Under the pieces are notes generated by a model. That model had not been told where the DNA came from. It searched no databases and saw only the letters and a list, made by a program, of their open reading frames with translations. DNA of 60,838 bases, the filler included, from Sphacelaria rigidula (taxonomy: Eukaryota), in the NCBI GenBank assembly GCA_964200075.2. It is 7 parts of 7 records of this genome, joined end to end, with 100 filler letters (N's around TTAATTAATTAA, not from the genome) between each part and the next. Parts side by side here need not be neighbours in the genome. Positions count along the whole stretch, not along the records: positions 8,707 to 17,312 come from CAXNAA020010617.1; positions 17,413 to 26,018 come from CAXNAA020010618.1; 5 more parts are not named here. One strand, given 5' to 3'. Positions 12,406 through 24,817 of the stretch are shown piece by piece; position 1 is the stretch's first letter, and each line of letters begins with the position of its first letter. The position numbers and the translations under genes are program-made.

Positions 12406-12704
12406 AACAATGTTTTCGTGAGATTGAGAGTAGAAGATACGATTGAGAGTAAAAAGCTGTCAATAGTGAATTAATCATTTCACTTCCGAAATAACCCTCC
12501 ACAAGGCCCGATATGCTTCCTGTAGTAGCTTGACACTGAGGCCCTTGATATCCCTGAGTAGGATATCGGCGTGTAGCTGTAAGCACACGCTAGTGATAGA
12601 GGCAAAGAAAAGCACACACGGAATGATAAACTGACTAGGTTAAAGTGAATGACCAAAGCCACTCTCAATCCGCGTTCTACTCTCAATCTCACGAAAACGC
12701 TGTT
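12406..12704. mobile_element. ~300-bp MITE, TIR AACARYGTTTTCGTGAGATTGAGAGTAGA
   Basis: ~40-bp TIRs. A truncated copy lies at 25944-26018. Confidence 0.75.
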
Positions 12705-12714
12705 ATAGGTCGTG

Positions 12715-12818
12715 CTCTACCTTGGGTACGTTTATCTTGTGGATGATGACCACGACTGCGTCCCTCGGGGATCGGTACATGTGCGACAACCAATCGATCG
12801 ATCAATCAATCAATCAAT
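12715..12818 (+). mobile_element. 3' end of a non-LTR retroelement with (CAAT)n tail
   Basis: Homologous fragments in reverse orientation at ~15795-15900 and ~28925-29030, each ending in (ATTG)n. Confidence 0.5.
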
Positions 12819-13366
12819 GACACGCCATCTTCCTCTCCATGCGATGAGGTTTAAGCTATTATGCGCTGTCGAGGTTTCAAAAAGTGTAAAAAAATTAACC
12901 TTCCTTTTGCTAGAGGCTCTGGCACTGGATTGTCGCATCACCCTTCGTGAGTCCCTCAGTCTTGTCAACGTATCCATCTACGCTTGCTGGGCCTACAGTA
13001 CGCTGCGATACCCTGTGTTATTTTTTGCAATCCTCACTCTCACATTTTCAGCGATTTTTTTTGTCATCTGTGCGCATCTTCGGGGTTGGCCGTACTACTC
13101 TGATACATATGTATGTATGCATATATAGGGGAATACTGTGCTGCAATGCACTACCACAATGAACAGGGGTATTTCCTTGAACACTCGTTCGATGAGGAAG
13201 TAAGGGGTTTTGAACCCATGAAAGCAAATCAATGCGAACGCTTGTGACTTGGTTCTCTATGGTGTGAATGCTCTTGCAGGAAAGATCCCGGAAGCTTTGT
13301 AGCCGGAGCAAGGGTCAGAGAATCAACCATGAACGACCCGCTCGCTCATTCGAACGGGTGGCATAC

Positions 13367-13464
13367 CTTCCAGTCGTTTCTCCCCGCCCTAGCATTCGCA
13401 GAACACGTTCCCCAGCGTTCACGAGCATGTACTTCCCGTCTCTGCTGAAGTCAAGTTGCTTCAC
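13367..13464 (-). CDS. RBBP5: RBBP5/Swd1 exon (VKQLDFSRDGKYMLVNAGERVLRMLGRGETTG)
   Basis: TAG| acceptor, AG|GTATGC donor, phase 0-2. Matches 'IKSIEFARKGSCFLINTADRIIRVY'. Confidence 0.85.
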
Positions 13465-13879
13465 CTATCAGTTGGAAGATGGGGCAACATACACACACAC
13501 GCACCCACCCACATCGGGACATCGGGATATCGGCACATCGATCGGCTGTGACCACATGTGACGGTGGGGCCCATGTCGGCAGGGTGGATCTAAGGAGGGT
13601 ATGCTAGAGCCTACGCTACCATCATTGTTTGGAGCCCTTTGAGGGACGATCATCGTGGGTGTTAAGTGTATGCGCGCGCGACGCTTCGCGTTTGTTTCAT
13701 CAAGGCGTTGGCAGCACTCGACGACTACAACTGTGATCATGGGAGTAGCAATTGACACGGTAGGTCGGACGGACAGTTTGAGCCACAGCAGCAAGTGCAC
13801 CCTCCAAGTATGTGAACCTGGCCGCGTAACCTAAAACGCTTCCTACACCATACAGATACAAGAAGCCGCCTTCGCCATA

Positions 13880-14428
13880 CAGTAGTGGGCGGTCTAACTA
13901 TTCATTTTGAGGCATTTTGTTATTTTTTCATAATTGGCGATTTTCTTGGGCTCTTTTTGCTTGCGACTGCTCATCACATTGGGGATCTGAAGATATTTGT
14001 ATCCACTCCACATTCCAAGAAAAAAATATCATCTGTACTCAATATTGAGTGACTTACGGGCTGACCGGTCATCGGGGGTCCTTCGACGTTTCAGCCCAGA
14101 TTCTTACTCTTCGGTATTTTCGGTCGATCGAGCCTGTCCCGATCATATTTCCAAAAAATGAACAGTTTTATTTCTCTGAAATTCTGCCTACTCCTTGCAC
14201 CAGAGCCGAAAAACTGTGTTTCACGGTCAATAACACCCTCCTAATGAACGGGGTATTTACTCGTTTCGCCCGATAACACCAACTAGCACTGACTTGAGCA
14301 CTATCTTTCAAGAGTGATATGTTTCTTGTACCAAAATCTACCGACGCCAGCAATTCCGAGCTCTATCGGAGAGTAGCACGCGAGGAAAACCCCCAAACCC
14401 CGCTGAATAGTTAGACCGCCCACTACTG
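13880..14428. mobile_element. 549-bp Tc1/mariner-like MITE (second copy), in an RBBP5 intron
   Basis: Perfect TIR CAGTAGTGGGCGGTCTAACTATTCA with TA TSD; colinear with 2556-3105. Confidence 0.9.
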
Positions 14429-14475
14429 TACCTCATCAACATCGACCTCCCGGTCTGAACACAATTGTCTACCTA

Positions 14476-15075
14476 CTTCCTCTGTCCCATAAGTAAAGGT
14501 ACCTAACGGCGATATATTGTTTAGGTATGCCAGTGGTGGCGACGATGTTGTGGTTGGGTTCGTTAGATAGGCAAAGCGCAGACGAGGCTGATGAAGGAAA
14601 AAAACGAAAAAAAAACGAAAAAAAAAAATTGTTTTAATCACTAAAACTGTGTCGAGATATACCCCATTTTGACCCTTTTTTTATCAATTTCCCCCCCGTC
14701 ATTGACCGATTTTGGACGTTTTCACGCCGAGCACTAGCAATTACATGCTAACAAAATGTTGGATGGGGCGTGCGTTAGTTAATATTACGGACATGTCCAA
14801 CATCAATGGTGATTTCGCGATTTTCATATTTTTTGGCCCATTTTTCGCGATTTTTCGTGTTCCCGGGTCCATCATGCGTTCCTGGGAAAACGAGCGAAAA
14901 ATGGCCATTTTTGGACCGACCTACTTTTTCTCGGCCGCGCAGCTGCATGGCAAATTTTGAACACATTTTCTTGACCAAAAAAACACTGTAGAGTTCACTA
15001 AAAAAAAAGAAAAAGCGATCGGACATCGTTAAGGGCCCGTACAATTTTAGGTACCTTTACTTATGGGACAGAGAA
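14476..15075. mobile_element. ~600-bp Stowaway-like MITE (TA|CTTCCTCTGTCCCATAAG)
   Basis: 26-bp TIR core CTCTGTCCCATAAGTAAAGGTACCTA. A related element lies at 54615-55208. Confidence 0.75.
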
Positions 15076-15982
15076 AAAATGTGGATAAGGGTATCACATC
15101 AACACCAAAGACTAAGGTACTTATATGTCGAGTAAAGACGAATAGGCAACAAACGCGCCCACATGAAGTGATACTCCCTCCCCCCCCCCCGTTCTCTCAA
15201 ACCGTAACTTTATGTCACCACTTTTATCGTGGCATATCCCTTGGTGTTTCCACATATATGTGAGATTCGAGCAGATGCCGCGAAAAGCTCGAAGCCACTG
15301 GGAAAAGAAAAAAATGTTTTTGGTGTCGCGTGGAGTGCCTCGACGCATTCAGCCGCAATATCGTATTTCGGAACAATATCGTTGTCCAACCTCCAACCAT
15401 GATACCCCGATGCTGTCGCTGAACACCTTCTTTCTGCCTGCGAGAACCGTCCACAATGACAGCGCACAGCACCGTGTGTTTCATGATCTCAAAAATCCAG
15501 ACTCATGTTCACAATGTTTGAATCGAAGCAGTTCTTTCCCACACATTTCCAGTGTTGGATCGATGTCTTCTGCGCTGAGAGGGAATAAACGCGATAAACA
15601 AGGGCACAGAAACAGAGCATTCTGCGAACACACAGCCTCCAGACCAGGCAAGAATTTGGAGCTAGAAGAGAGTCGACACGATTTATTCCGAACACACACA
15701 CCAATGTTCAAAGAAAACAAGGTTGCCATGTTCTCCTCGGTGACGGTCCATGACTGTGAGACGACGGGCAGAACTATTCTGCACCCTTGATGAGTGGTTG
15801 ATTGGTTGATTGTCATTATCCACTTCAACCGGCCCCCCAGGTAGTCATGATCCGCATGATAGACGTGCCCGACACAAAAACAAAACTGAAACACCTACAG
15901 AGAACTTAACATGCGAGGCACGACGGATGGTTGCTCACTGGCCATTTTCTGGGGACAAAATGAATGTTTAGTCGGCACGCAC

Positions 15983-16039
15983 CTTTGCACAACCGTTCAC
16001 AGAGAATGAGCTCGAGACTTTGGAGGTCGTAGAGCTGAC
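15983..16039 (-). CDS. RBBP5: RBBP5/Swd1 exon (VSSTTSKVSSSFSVNGCAK)
   Basis: CTGCAG| acceptor, AAG|GTGCGT donor, 57 bp, phase 0-0. Corresponds to 'DSQDLVASFRV'. Confidence 0.75.
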
Positions 16040-16775
16040 CTGCAGACCATAGAGATGAATGGGGGTGGGGAGATCGATGGAGGGCACCCGAGAAGCAGAG
16101 ACAGGGGCGACCACACACGGAAGCGCAAGCCCGTAGATATACAGGAGGAGGAGAGGCAACAACAGCCGACAGAAGAAGGGCGTGACATATCAGTGCTCAC
16201 GAGAAAACGCGTTGTCCGGTACTTTGACGATACACCACATAACATGCATGAAGCGCATTTCCACTACTGTAATGCGCTACTGTACTGTCCGGACCACCAA
16301 CCCTGCCTACCCCCGTACCCACTGAATGCACAGGATCCTTTTATGATAGACCTTCCGATAGACCTCTTCTCAGGAGTGCTCAACAGCACACTAGGGCCCA
16401 CTCGGTACACGGCCTTGCACAGCACCGTAACATGGCCAATGCATGTCTTCGCTCCAATTCATGCAATAAACATCTGCACATTCATGATCCTCCCTTCCCC
16501 CCCCCCCCTCCCTCCTCCCACCTGCCCGCTGTAACAAGGATATCTATATTACAATTTTGATTTATTATTCCGATATATATTCCGCGATCTCCAAAAAACA
16601 GGTGAAACAGGCATAAAAAACTTGATCCCCATCATCGGCGTTGACGAATCTGTGCCACAGGTAGTCTGTCTTACATTTATCCCCGATACTATTTCTGCAA
16701 TTTCAAATAAAACACATATATTTCCCTCCCCCAATCCCACCCATTTCAATACCTAACGATTTTTCAGGGTCTCAC

Positions 16776-16985
16776 CACGATGACCCTTCCGTCGGCAGTT
16801 CCGAACACCACGCTAGGGCCCCTTCGATCCACGGCCATGCACAGCACCGCCGTATGGGCAGATGCCGTCATCTTCTCTACGATCCTCTGTATCCCAGTAG
16901 TGGCTTTCTTGGAAGGGCTTGGCTTTGCCGTTAAAGGGGTCGACGGTGACAGCTCACGTGTGTCGATAAGCGGCGCAATAGCAGA
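16776..16985 (-). CDS. RBBP5: RBBP5/Swd1 exon (…HTAVLCMAVDRRGPSVVFGTADGRVIV)
   Basis: TAG| acceptor after a pyrimidine tract, |GTGAGA donor, 210 bp, phase 0-0. Matches RBBP5 'ASFDRRGEYIYTGNAKGKILV' (recalled). Confidence 0.8.
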
Positions 16986-17412
16986 CTAGCATATATGCAA
17001 ATACGGGGAAACGGGACCGGGGACGGGGCGGGGCGAGGTGGCGGGCAGAGGGTATACTCCTTTACACTAATTTGTTGCTTGCGTTAGTCATTTGATCATT
17101 GAACATGCATCTCTTTCGAGACGGAGCACCGTTCCTACTCCCAATAGAGGCATCTGTAACATCTGGGCGCTCATGACGTTTCTTCCATACATCGCGTACA
17201 CAAAGGCCTTTACATATATCGGGGGGGGGGGGGGATGTCTTCATGTTTTGCCTGCCTTCGTCTGATCAATCGTTGATTCACCCCGCGTCCCCGGGAATTC
17301 CGAGCCGTTTTTNNNNNNNNNNNNNNNNNNNNNNNNNNNNNNNNNNNNNNNNNNNNTTAATTAATTAANNNNNNNNNNNNNNNNNNNNNNNNNNNNNNNN
17401 NNNNNNNNNNNN

Positions 17413-19846
17413 TGATACACTTATGAGCCTCTTTTTTTCGCGCAACCAAATACCCCCCCCCCTATCGTAGGATGACTCATTTCTTGTGATGGGACAGGTT
17501 CGCTGCCACCGTTTACCGTAACCGAAATCAAAGTGCGGAATGCCTTGAGGTAGTGGTCAAAAGGGGTGTCGACGGGTACCTTAAGCAACAGTAGGCGTTT
17601 GAGTGACTTGCCTTCGTGGGTGGTGTCCAGGGATGAACTGATGAGTCTGAGAAGGAGGGTGAAAGCGGCGTAACCGCCATTGCCGAGGGTGAGGGAGCGT
17701 GCGGCTTGTGCGAAGTGGTGATCGAGCATGTTGGACAATTTAGGTGCCTCGGGAGAGCTGAAATCGATGACATCCTCCAAAGGCTTTTGTGAAGGTCGAA
17801 GCCAGCCATCTACCCAATCACTGGTCTCAAGGTCGACGAATGTATCGTCGCAGTGTTAGAGGATATCAGTAACTACAGTAGTGAGGGATTGTCGTAACTG
17901 GCTGCAGGAAAGGCCTACGTCAGATCCCGCAGGAAAGGGTAGTGAAGGCTTGACTTTGTCTACAAATTTCGGGTCCAAGTTTTTGTACTGGTGGCGTACA
18001 GCCTGAATGTGTGCCTGTCTGTCCGTGGAAGAGGGGGAAGGGTCACTGGATTGAGGGGTGGGAGCCGAAGGGGCAAAGCGTACGCGGCGGGTAGCAGATT
18101 TGGTGTCTTCCTTCGCTTGCTTGACTTTGATCTGAGAGTGACGCTGTTTGGCGACAGTGGATGATAGCGGAAGGAAATTGCTCAAAGTGGGGGGCGTCGG
18201 ACGTGAAGCGGCCGCACTCGTGTCATTATGAGACCCGTCAGTGCTGTCCGACTCACTTTTGAATGAAGGGCGACGATGACGGCGAGATCGTGACTGCTGC
18301 GAAATGTGAGATTTACCACTATCCTTGAGACGGTTTTTCCCTTTCCCTTGAACAGTCCAACTGCCGCCACTATCCGTTGAATTGTGCCCTACGTGACCTG
18401 TCTGAAGGTGACTAGTGGTAGTAGGGTATGAACGGTCCGTACCATCAGCAGAGCCGTGTACTGTCATGCGTACCTGCTCAATTTCCGTGAATAGCCCGAT
18501 GAGGGGCCCGATGCACTCATGCCGTAGCGCGAGGCTAATTTCGGAACGAGGGTTGGAAAGTATGTATTGAACGACGCCTGCTAACGTGACGGTCTCGGTG
18601 TGTTTCGGAAACCAATTGAGGATCTTGATCGAACTGTCAGTGACGGGAACAGTGAGGCGCTGTGCCTGACATGCGTAGGTAAGGAGGGTGTCAGGGTCGT
18701 GGACAAAATCGTAGTGGGGAACAGCTGCCAAAGTTTCTACACCAGAAAGATCAAGACCGTCGGAACGAGTAGCCTTAGTAACCAGCGTTGGGTGAGTGGG
18801 TTTAGTGGAGAGTGAGTTGTCCGCTGTGGAGGCAAACGTAGGGGGCGTTTTTCCGCGGTGAACTTGGGGGAGTACACCAAACGTGGTTGAAACGCCGGGT
18901 GCGATCGTCTCAAGTGGCATGAGAGGTAGTTCCGTGGCTAGAGGGGCAACATTCGGAGTGGCATTGGAAAGTGCAGGTGAGCCAGTGGATGAGTGATCAG
19001 AATCGGATTCAATGTCGATTGGATCGCGGTGAGCAGACGTAACTGTTTCATCTGCTCGTCCAGAGAAGATTGAGTGACGGAAATGCGACAGGTGGATTGT
19101 TCCGCCGTCGTATTGTGTTGTTGTAAAGCTTGTTCATATCGGGCTTTAGCCGCCTGCAAAGTCTTGGCGGTTTTCCGGAGGAGGCGGGCTTCTTTGTTCT
19201 GCCCCTCCGCCAAGGCTTCGCGTTTGGCTTCGACCTCACGACGGACGCGCTGGATTTCTTGAGCGTGCTCGAAAGCTTCACGGTTCTTACGTTCTACTTG
19301 CGCTTGTACGGTCTGAGCCAACAAGTCGTCCCAGTACGCGACTTGTTCCTCGCGGGAAAATTTGTCCCACGCATGGGCTGGAATAGCAGCGGAACGGCTA
19401 TGTTTGAACTGGGTCTTAGCTTTGTCGCGTGCTTTGTTGGGTAGGCGCGTAGACGGTTTTTTTCCCGATTCACGACCACTCGTCGAGGCTACAACGTCAG
19501 AAGCGTAGGGCTCAGCAGGGGAATGATCACGAACCGAATGGTCACCACTAGCAGTAGAGTCGACGTGCTTAGTGTCACTGGTAAGAGTTTGAGCGGTGGC
19601 GGCATGCAGTGGGGAATCAAGTCCCGGCTGTACGTCGGGCACCATAGAGAGGGGAATTCCTCCCGACTGAGATTGGACATGATCATCATCCTCTACACTT
19701 TCGATGACTGGATCATGCAAGACTGTGTCCGACGTAAGCAGTGGTCCACCGGATTCGGAAGAGGATGTGCCTTCTTCATCGACACGTAGCTCTAGCGAAG
19801 CCGGGGAATTAGACATTGCTTGTGTACCTGCGCGGGTGCGCGTCAC
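17413..19846 (-). pseudogene. Long intronless gag-like retrotransposon ORF (~800 codons), disrupted
   Basis: ORFs 18938-19846, 17856-18920 and 17421-17780 join through one frameshift (~19020) and one in-frame TAA (17856-17858). Coiled-coil plus low-complexity N-terminus, capsid-like 'PVDTPFDHYLKAFRTLISV' near the contig end. The family assignment is inference. Confidence 0.45.
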
Positions 19847-22800
19847 AGTCAGTGTAGAAAGACGGAGGGTAATGAGTGACCGGGGTGTTGCATTGGAAAT
19901 GGAAGAGGAAAATAATCTACTGTAGGAGCCTGTGGGCGTGGTGGGGGTCGGCCAGGCCCCCGTGAAAGACAGGGAGGGGCGATCTAAGAAGGTACGAGAG
20001 AGAGGGTGTGGACGAGTTGTCCATACCGGAGTCCACGAAATGTACTAGATGAACACAGGACCGTGGGAAGAGGGTGGTACTGTAGTGTTATCACGGATGT
20101 TTGGTTCACATACATAGTACAGGGTGGGGTCGGATGATGTACAGTCAACACCCAGGTTGGGCACAAAAAAATGTGCTGCACGGTGAGCGTATTTTGAGAC
20201 AGCAAGAGACGGTCAACATTAGCTATTGAAGAATAAAAGGTAGACGGTACATGCGGCGGGGTGGGTATAGCGAAAGGATGCACGCTGATACAGTGCCGGT
20301 GGTGGTAGAAAAGAGTTGGTAGCTGATAATGTACGGGCAGCTCATGTGGGAAAACATGTAATGGGGCAGGAGAGTCACGGTATAAAATTAGACTCTACAT
20401 GGTGACTTGCATCCGCTACAGAGTAGATGGGTATCATTACTGGGGCGATTGCCACAGAGAGTCAGCTGGGACGAGCAGGTGAGGATGATGGGGGGGCAGG
20501 TGCTATTGCTCGCGTACGTTCGCGTCGGAGTCGGCGCAGGGTGCGAGCATCTAGTGTATCAGAGGCCGTTGAACTCATGTCGCCAGGGATAGATGACAGA
20601 GCAATAGCTATAGACGGCTAGACGATGAACAAACAAAAGAGATGCGCATGCAAAGCACACAGTGGTAGTGTAGTATACACGGCAGCTCGGCAGTCCGAAC
20701 ACAACGCAACTAAAAAAAAAGTACAGCAGAGGCAGTGCGGGAGCTCCAACTGTGATGTGAGAAGGGTGAGGCACCTTGAGAAGGGTGTAATGGTGTTCAT
20801 CACAATTGTTCCAGGTTCAGACCTCTGTGTACGTTGTTTGTTTACTCAGCTCAGCAGCGCGGGCTGACCACAGTCGCTCTCATGTATTTCACACAAGGAG
20901 ACAACAAGCAAACACGGACCAGAATAGCACCGTTTTATCACGCAATTGATTGCATCCAAATTCATCTACAGAACAGGGAGATACAACACAAACCGAAACA
21001 AGCCGAAACCTCAATCAATAAAACACACCAGACAAAACAGCAGTCCGACTACTGCTCTTATATCTGGGACTCACTTTCTCGCGGTTTGTATATACTCCAA
21101 TGGGGAATTGTTGAATCGCAGCCAATAGTCGGGAATGAAAAGAGAGTGAGCTCGTTGGAACTGCTTACAGCTTCAAACGTGTTTCGCCGCCCCCTAATCA
21201 TCATAAACTGAGGTCATACCATAAAATCTAAGAGCCGAGCTCTGCAATACATGCCCTGGTTGGGTCACTACTTTTTTTTTTCGAATTCAAATACATGCTC
21301 TCCGTAGAACGTCAACTCAAGGGGCAGCCAATTCTCCGCAATTTGAATATGAAAACGTCCATCATTCAATGTCACCTTTGCCCAAGACCATGGCTACGTC
21401 CTGCAGTCACATCACATCACAGTACATAGCGGTGTTGAAGAATTTTCATTGAAGTCGCGGTATAATCGGTCGCAAACGTCTTCTCATACAGGGCCATTAC
21501 GTATCATGATCAGGTAGATTGCTCTTCCGGAACTGTCCGTTCCGCCATGTCGATATTCGACCGTTGGTACAGCCTACAGGCTCAGAGTCCGCCACTCGTT
21601 ATTTTCCTTCTGTCTGTTTTACCAGCTTTTTGCGTACAATTACCCGCCCCTGAAATCGGTCGGTGGTGTCTTGTTTTTATCAGGGATTATTGGAATAAGT
21701 AACGTGACGATACGACCGGCTGTGGGTTTTACTCCAGTCAGTTCTCGGGCCAGTCTCGTTTTAGTCCGAACGGGCAAATACTGTGAGGAGTGGGTTGCAT
21801 TGGTCCTCTCTGTCCTGTGTATTTGTCGTGGTTAAGAAATGTGGTGGGCGATCCGCCTCGGAACTACGTAGTAGGCCCGAAGGTTGTGTATTGACTCCAC
21901 CACGTTTCTTTTGACATGTACGGATACCTGACCTCACAAACCGGTCGTTTGTTTTCGTATCGTCGTGTGAAAAAAACGAAAATGCTGTACGGCTGGATCA
22001 CCAACCAGACGTCCCAAGCAAGTCGTTGCTCTCACAAACATGTACCGACAATTAACTCACGTCAAACGGGTTGATTTTTCGGCATCATGCTATATTTTCT
22101 TTTTCAACGTACGGTTTTCGCGGGAAACTACCTTTTTCGCGACGATATCGGCTGTACGTTGCTGGCTTTTGCTGATGACTGGGACGAGTGATTAGCATGA
22201 ACTTGGTTATCGGAGTGATATAGTGCCTTGGCGGGCTTGCTTATTTTTTAACTAGTGGCCAAAAGCAAATCGGACATCCACAAGAGAGTAAACTATTATG
22301 TTTATGATATAGTTATGGCAGAGTAGGATGATCGCTTTAATGATGGGTGTCTGATTTCCTGTGGCTATCCCGGAAATGCTCACGGCATTCGGAGGACACT
22401 GCACATTTTTTGGTATATGGTTTTGATTGTTGTTTTTGGATTTTTTATTTTGGGATTTCCCATGACTCCGTCTGAACGGCTCACGGAACATGAGGACACT
22501 GAATTATTGTATCGGTTCGATTTTTTTCTCTTTGCTTTGTGCTTGTATTTGTATTTTATTGCTTTTTTTGTGTTGATCGCCGCTTCCCGTTCCCCGTACC
22601 AACGAAGACTCGATCTCCAACATGATTCTCAGTTTTCTGTGGTGTGGGAGTGGTGTGGCTCGATGCAAGTTCGTCCCTTCTGAAAAGAAACTGTATTTGA
22701 ACGATTCAGTGTGGGCTAATATGATGGTATATGACCGAGTGCGTGAATTAAACTAGTTCTTTGAGAATTGTCGATGGTCCCCAGAAACGACCGGCGGGCA

Positions 22801-23947
22801 TGAAAATATTCTGGTCGGATGTGTGCTTGGGTACGATAGAAATCGCATTGTTTTATTGTTGACGCAGCTGCTTGAAGTTAGATACAAGATTGTACCCGAT
22901 TAGCCGTGTGTACCTGCTGCTACTTCAGCTTTGACTGGCTAAAGGCACGGCGCGTCACGGTGATTTTGTATTATGACGAGATTGTAAGCGGGGCAGAAGG
23001 GCGTACCGATAGAACAGCTGCCCCCAGCTGTTCTACCCATCTTTCTCACTCGACCCACCGACCAGTCTGCAGGTATCTATTGGATATAAGAAGGGCGTTT
23101 AACCATCACCCACCACCTTTGGTCTCTCCTGGCTTCAGTGTCGCGAGCCCACAGCCTTGACGTGTGTCTCTAAAGCTGTGCTGTATTATCTCCCTCATCC
23201 ACAATTGTTATTGTATTCTGGCTTTGGGCTGTGTGATTTCTCATGAACAGCTGGTTATTGCATTGAGAGAAAGAACCCTCAGTTCAATATTTCGAGCCAA
23301 ACGCAGGACAGGCTTGTCACAATCCCTTCTCATCTATCTTGGGGTGTGGCTTGCTCTGCTAATGTATACCACGACAAACTTGGGTTGTCGATTTCTCGTC
23401 TGTGACTGCGTGTTCCATTATGAAATTCTAGTAGGGCACAAAACAGGCAGAGTATGCCCAAAACATCCGCGTGGTTGGGCCGGAGAACACTGAAGCTGTA
23501 CAACATGGCCCAAACCGTTTGTGGGGGATGCCGCCTATGCGCTCTCAAATCGGCCATGCAGCTGCCCAGACTTTGCGCACTACAGGTGAATGCATTTGTG
23601 CACGCGCAGATGTATAAACTTGGACCTTCAGCCCGGATGGGCGGCCGATGTGGTATAAAACTGACACCTGTCTGTACTGCGACCCTCTTTGGATCATGAC
23701 CATATGTAGTGTACCGATCGGCATACAGTCATTAGAGCTGTGCAGATCATGACGCACGGCCCTACGCGCGCTGTAGCCGCTGCGAGGCGCTAAACCTTTG
23801 CTCACGTGTTGTGTGAACCGCAGTCAATAGTTCCACGTCGCTATATCTGGTACTGTGCGCTGCAAGTGTGCGCACTGGAGGGAAATATGGTCAGGTTCTG
23901 TTCCGAAACAAATGTTTGTTTTCTTCTTTTTGCGCAACACTGCACGT

Positions 23948-24104
23948 TTCACGTTTTACGTCAAAAGTTAAACCAGGCTAGTACTCCGGTGGGGGACGGG
24001 GACCACGTGAGGAGCTCTGTTCAAAGTTGAGTCAAGTCAGGGCTCCCGACGTGGCCACCCCACCGTATTACTAGAGTAGCTTAACTTTTGACGTGAAACG
24101 TGAA
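23948..24104. repeat. Inverted pair of 5S-rRNA-derived fragments
   Basis: Each arm carries AAGTTAA(G/A)C...CTAGTA.T.CGGTGGG..G.CCACGT..G.AGC.CTG, resembling the 3' half of 5S rRNA (recalled). Confidence 0.6.
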
Positions 24105-24429
24105 TCTTGAATGCGTAATAGCGTGTGGGGCCCTAGCTGCCTCATTTCGCGCATTTTCTTTTTCCGACCCAAGACCCCCCTTTTCGGCATGATCTTAACG
24201 CTGGGGGGTCATTCTGTGTGCAAACTCCCAGCGCACGCGTTCGTTGCTGCTTCGCGGACTCTTAGACCTTCTTATCTTCTCATCTCTAAGCTGTACAGCA
24301 GCAACATACGAGCTGGGCCAGCTGACAGTGATTTGCGAATGTATCCGGGACGGGGAGTGGGTGCTTCGAAGCATTGAGTGCTTAAATTTTGACACAACAT
24401 TTTTATCATTACGCACATCCTTCCCGGTG

Positions 24430-24430
<1 letters not shown>

Positions 24431-24470
<40 letters not shown>

Positions 24471-24817
24471 TTGCCGTCACATCTTTTCTGGACGCTGGTC
24501 TACACATTTCGGTGTATGTGGGCGCACCAGCCGGGGTCACACAGGAGGAAAATCAACACAGGAGCTTTTTTCGTTTTTGTTTGCTTCTGGTACTCCATCT
24601 TCCTTCTGCGGTGCTTGACTCTATTTTTCATCGCGAGAAGGGTTCAGCAGTCCCTTTCCCTCGTCGACCGGTACGTCGAATTGTGTGTACCTGCGACACA
24701 GTCGCTCTCAACTGTTCGGTATGGTTTGAGAAAAAATCCCAGACCGCTCCGAGGTTTGAACCCGCGACCCAGCTGTCAGAAGGTTTCGAGGTCAACAAGT
24801 GAGTCACAGGAGCGACC
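24431..24817 (-). mobile_element. tRNA-derived SINE with (CA)n tail
   Basis: Minus-strand head GGTCGCTCCTGTGACTCACTTG...GGGTCGCGGGTTCAAACC (degenerate A box, good B box). The body ends in the (GT)n run at 24431-24469. Confidence 0.6.

Noticed and set aside
22225-22256. Helitron 3' end (…CTAG|T)
   Set aside because: The hairpin is weak, and there is no matching 5' TC end or second copy.
24745-24817. Functional tRNA gene
   Set aside because: The A box/D-arm is degenerate, there is no clean cloverleaf, and it continues into a body with a (CA)n tail, so it is a SINE head.
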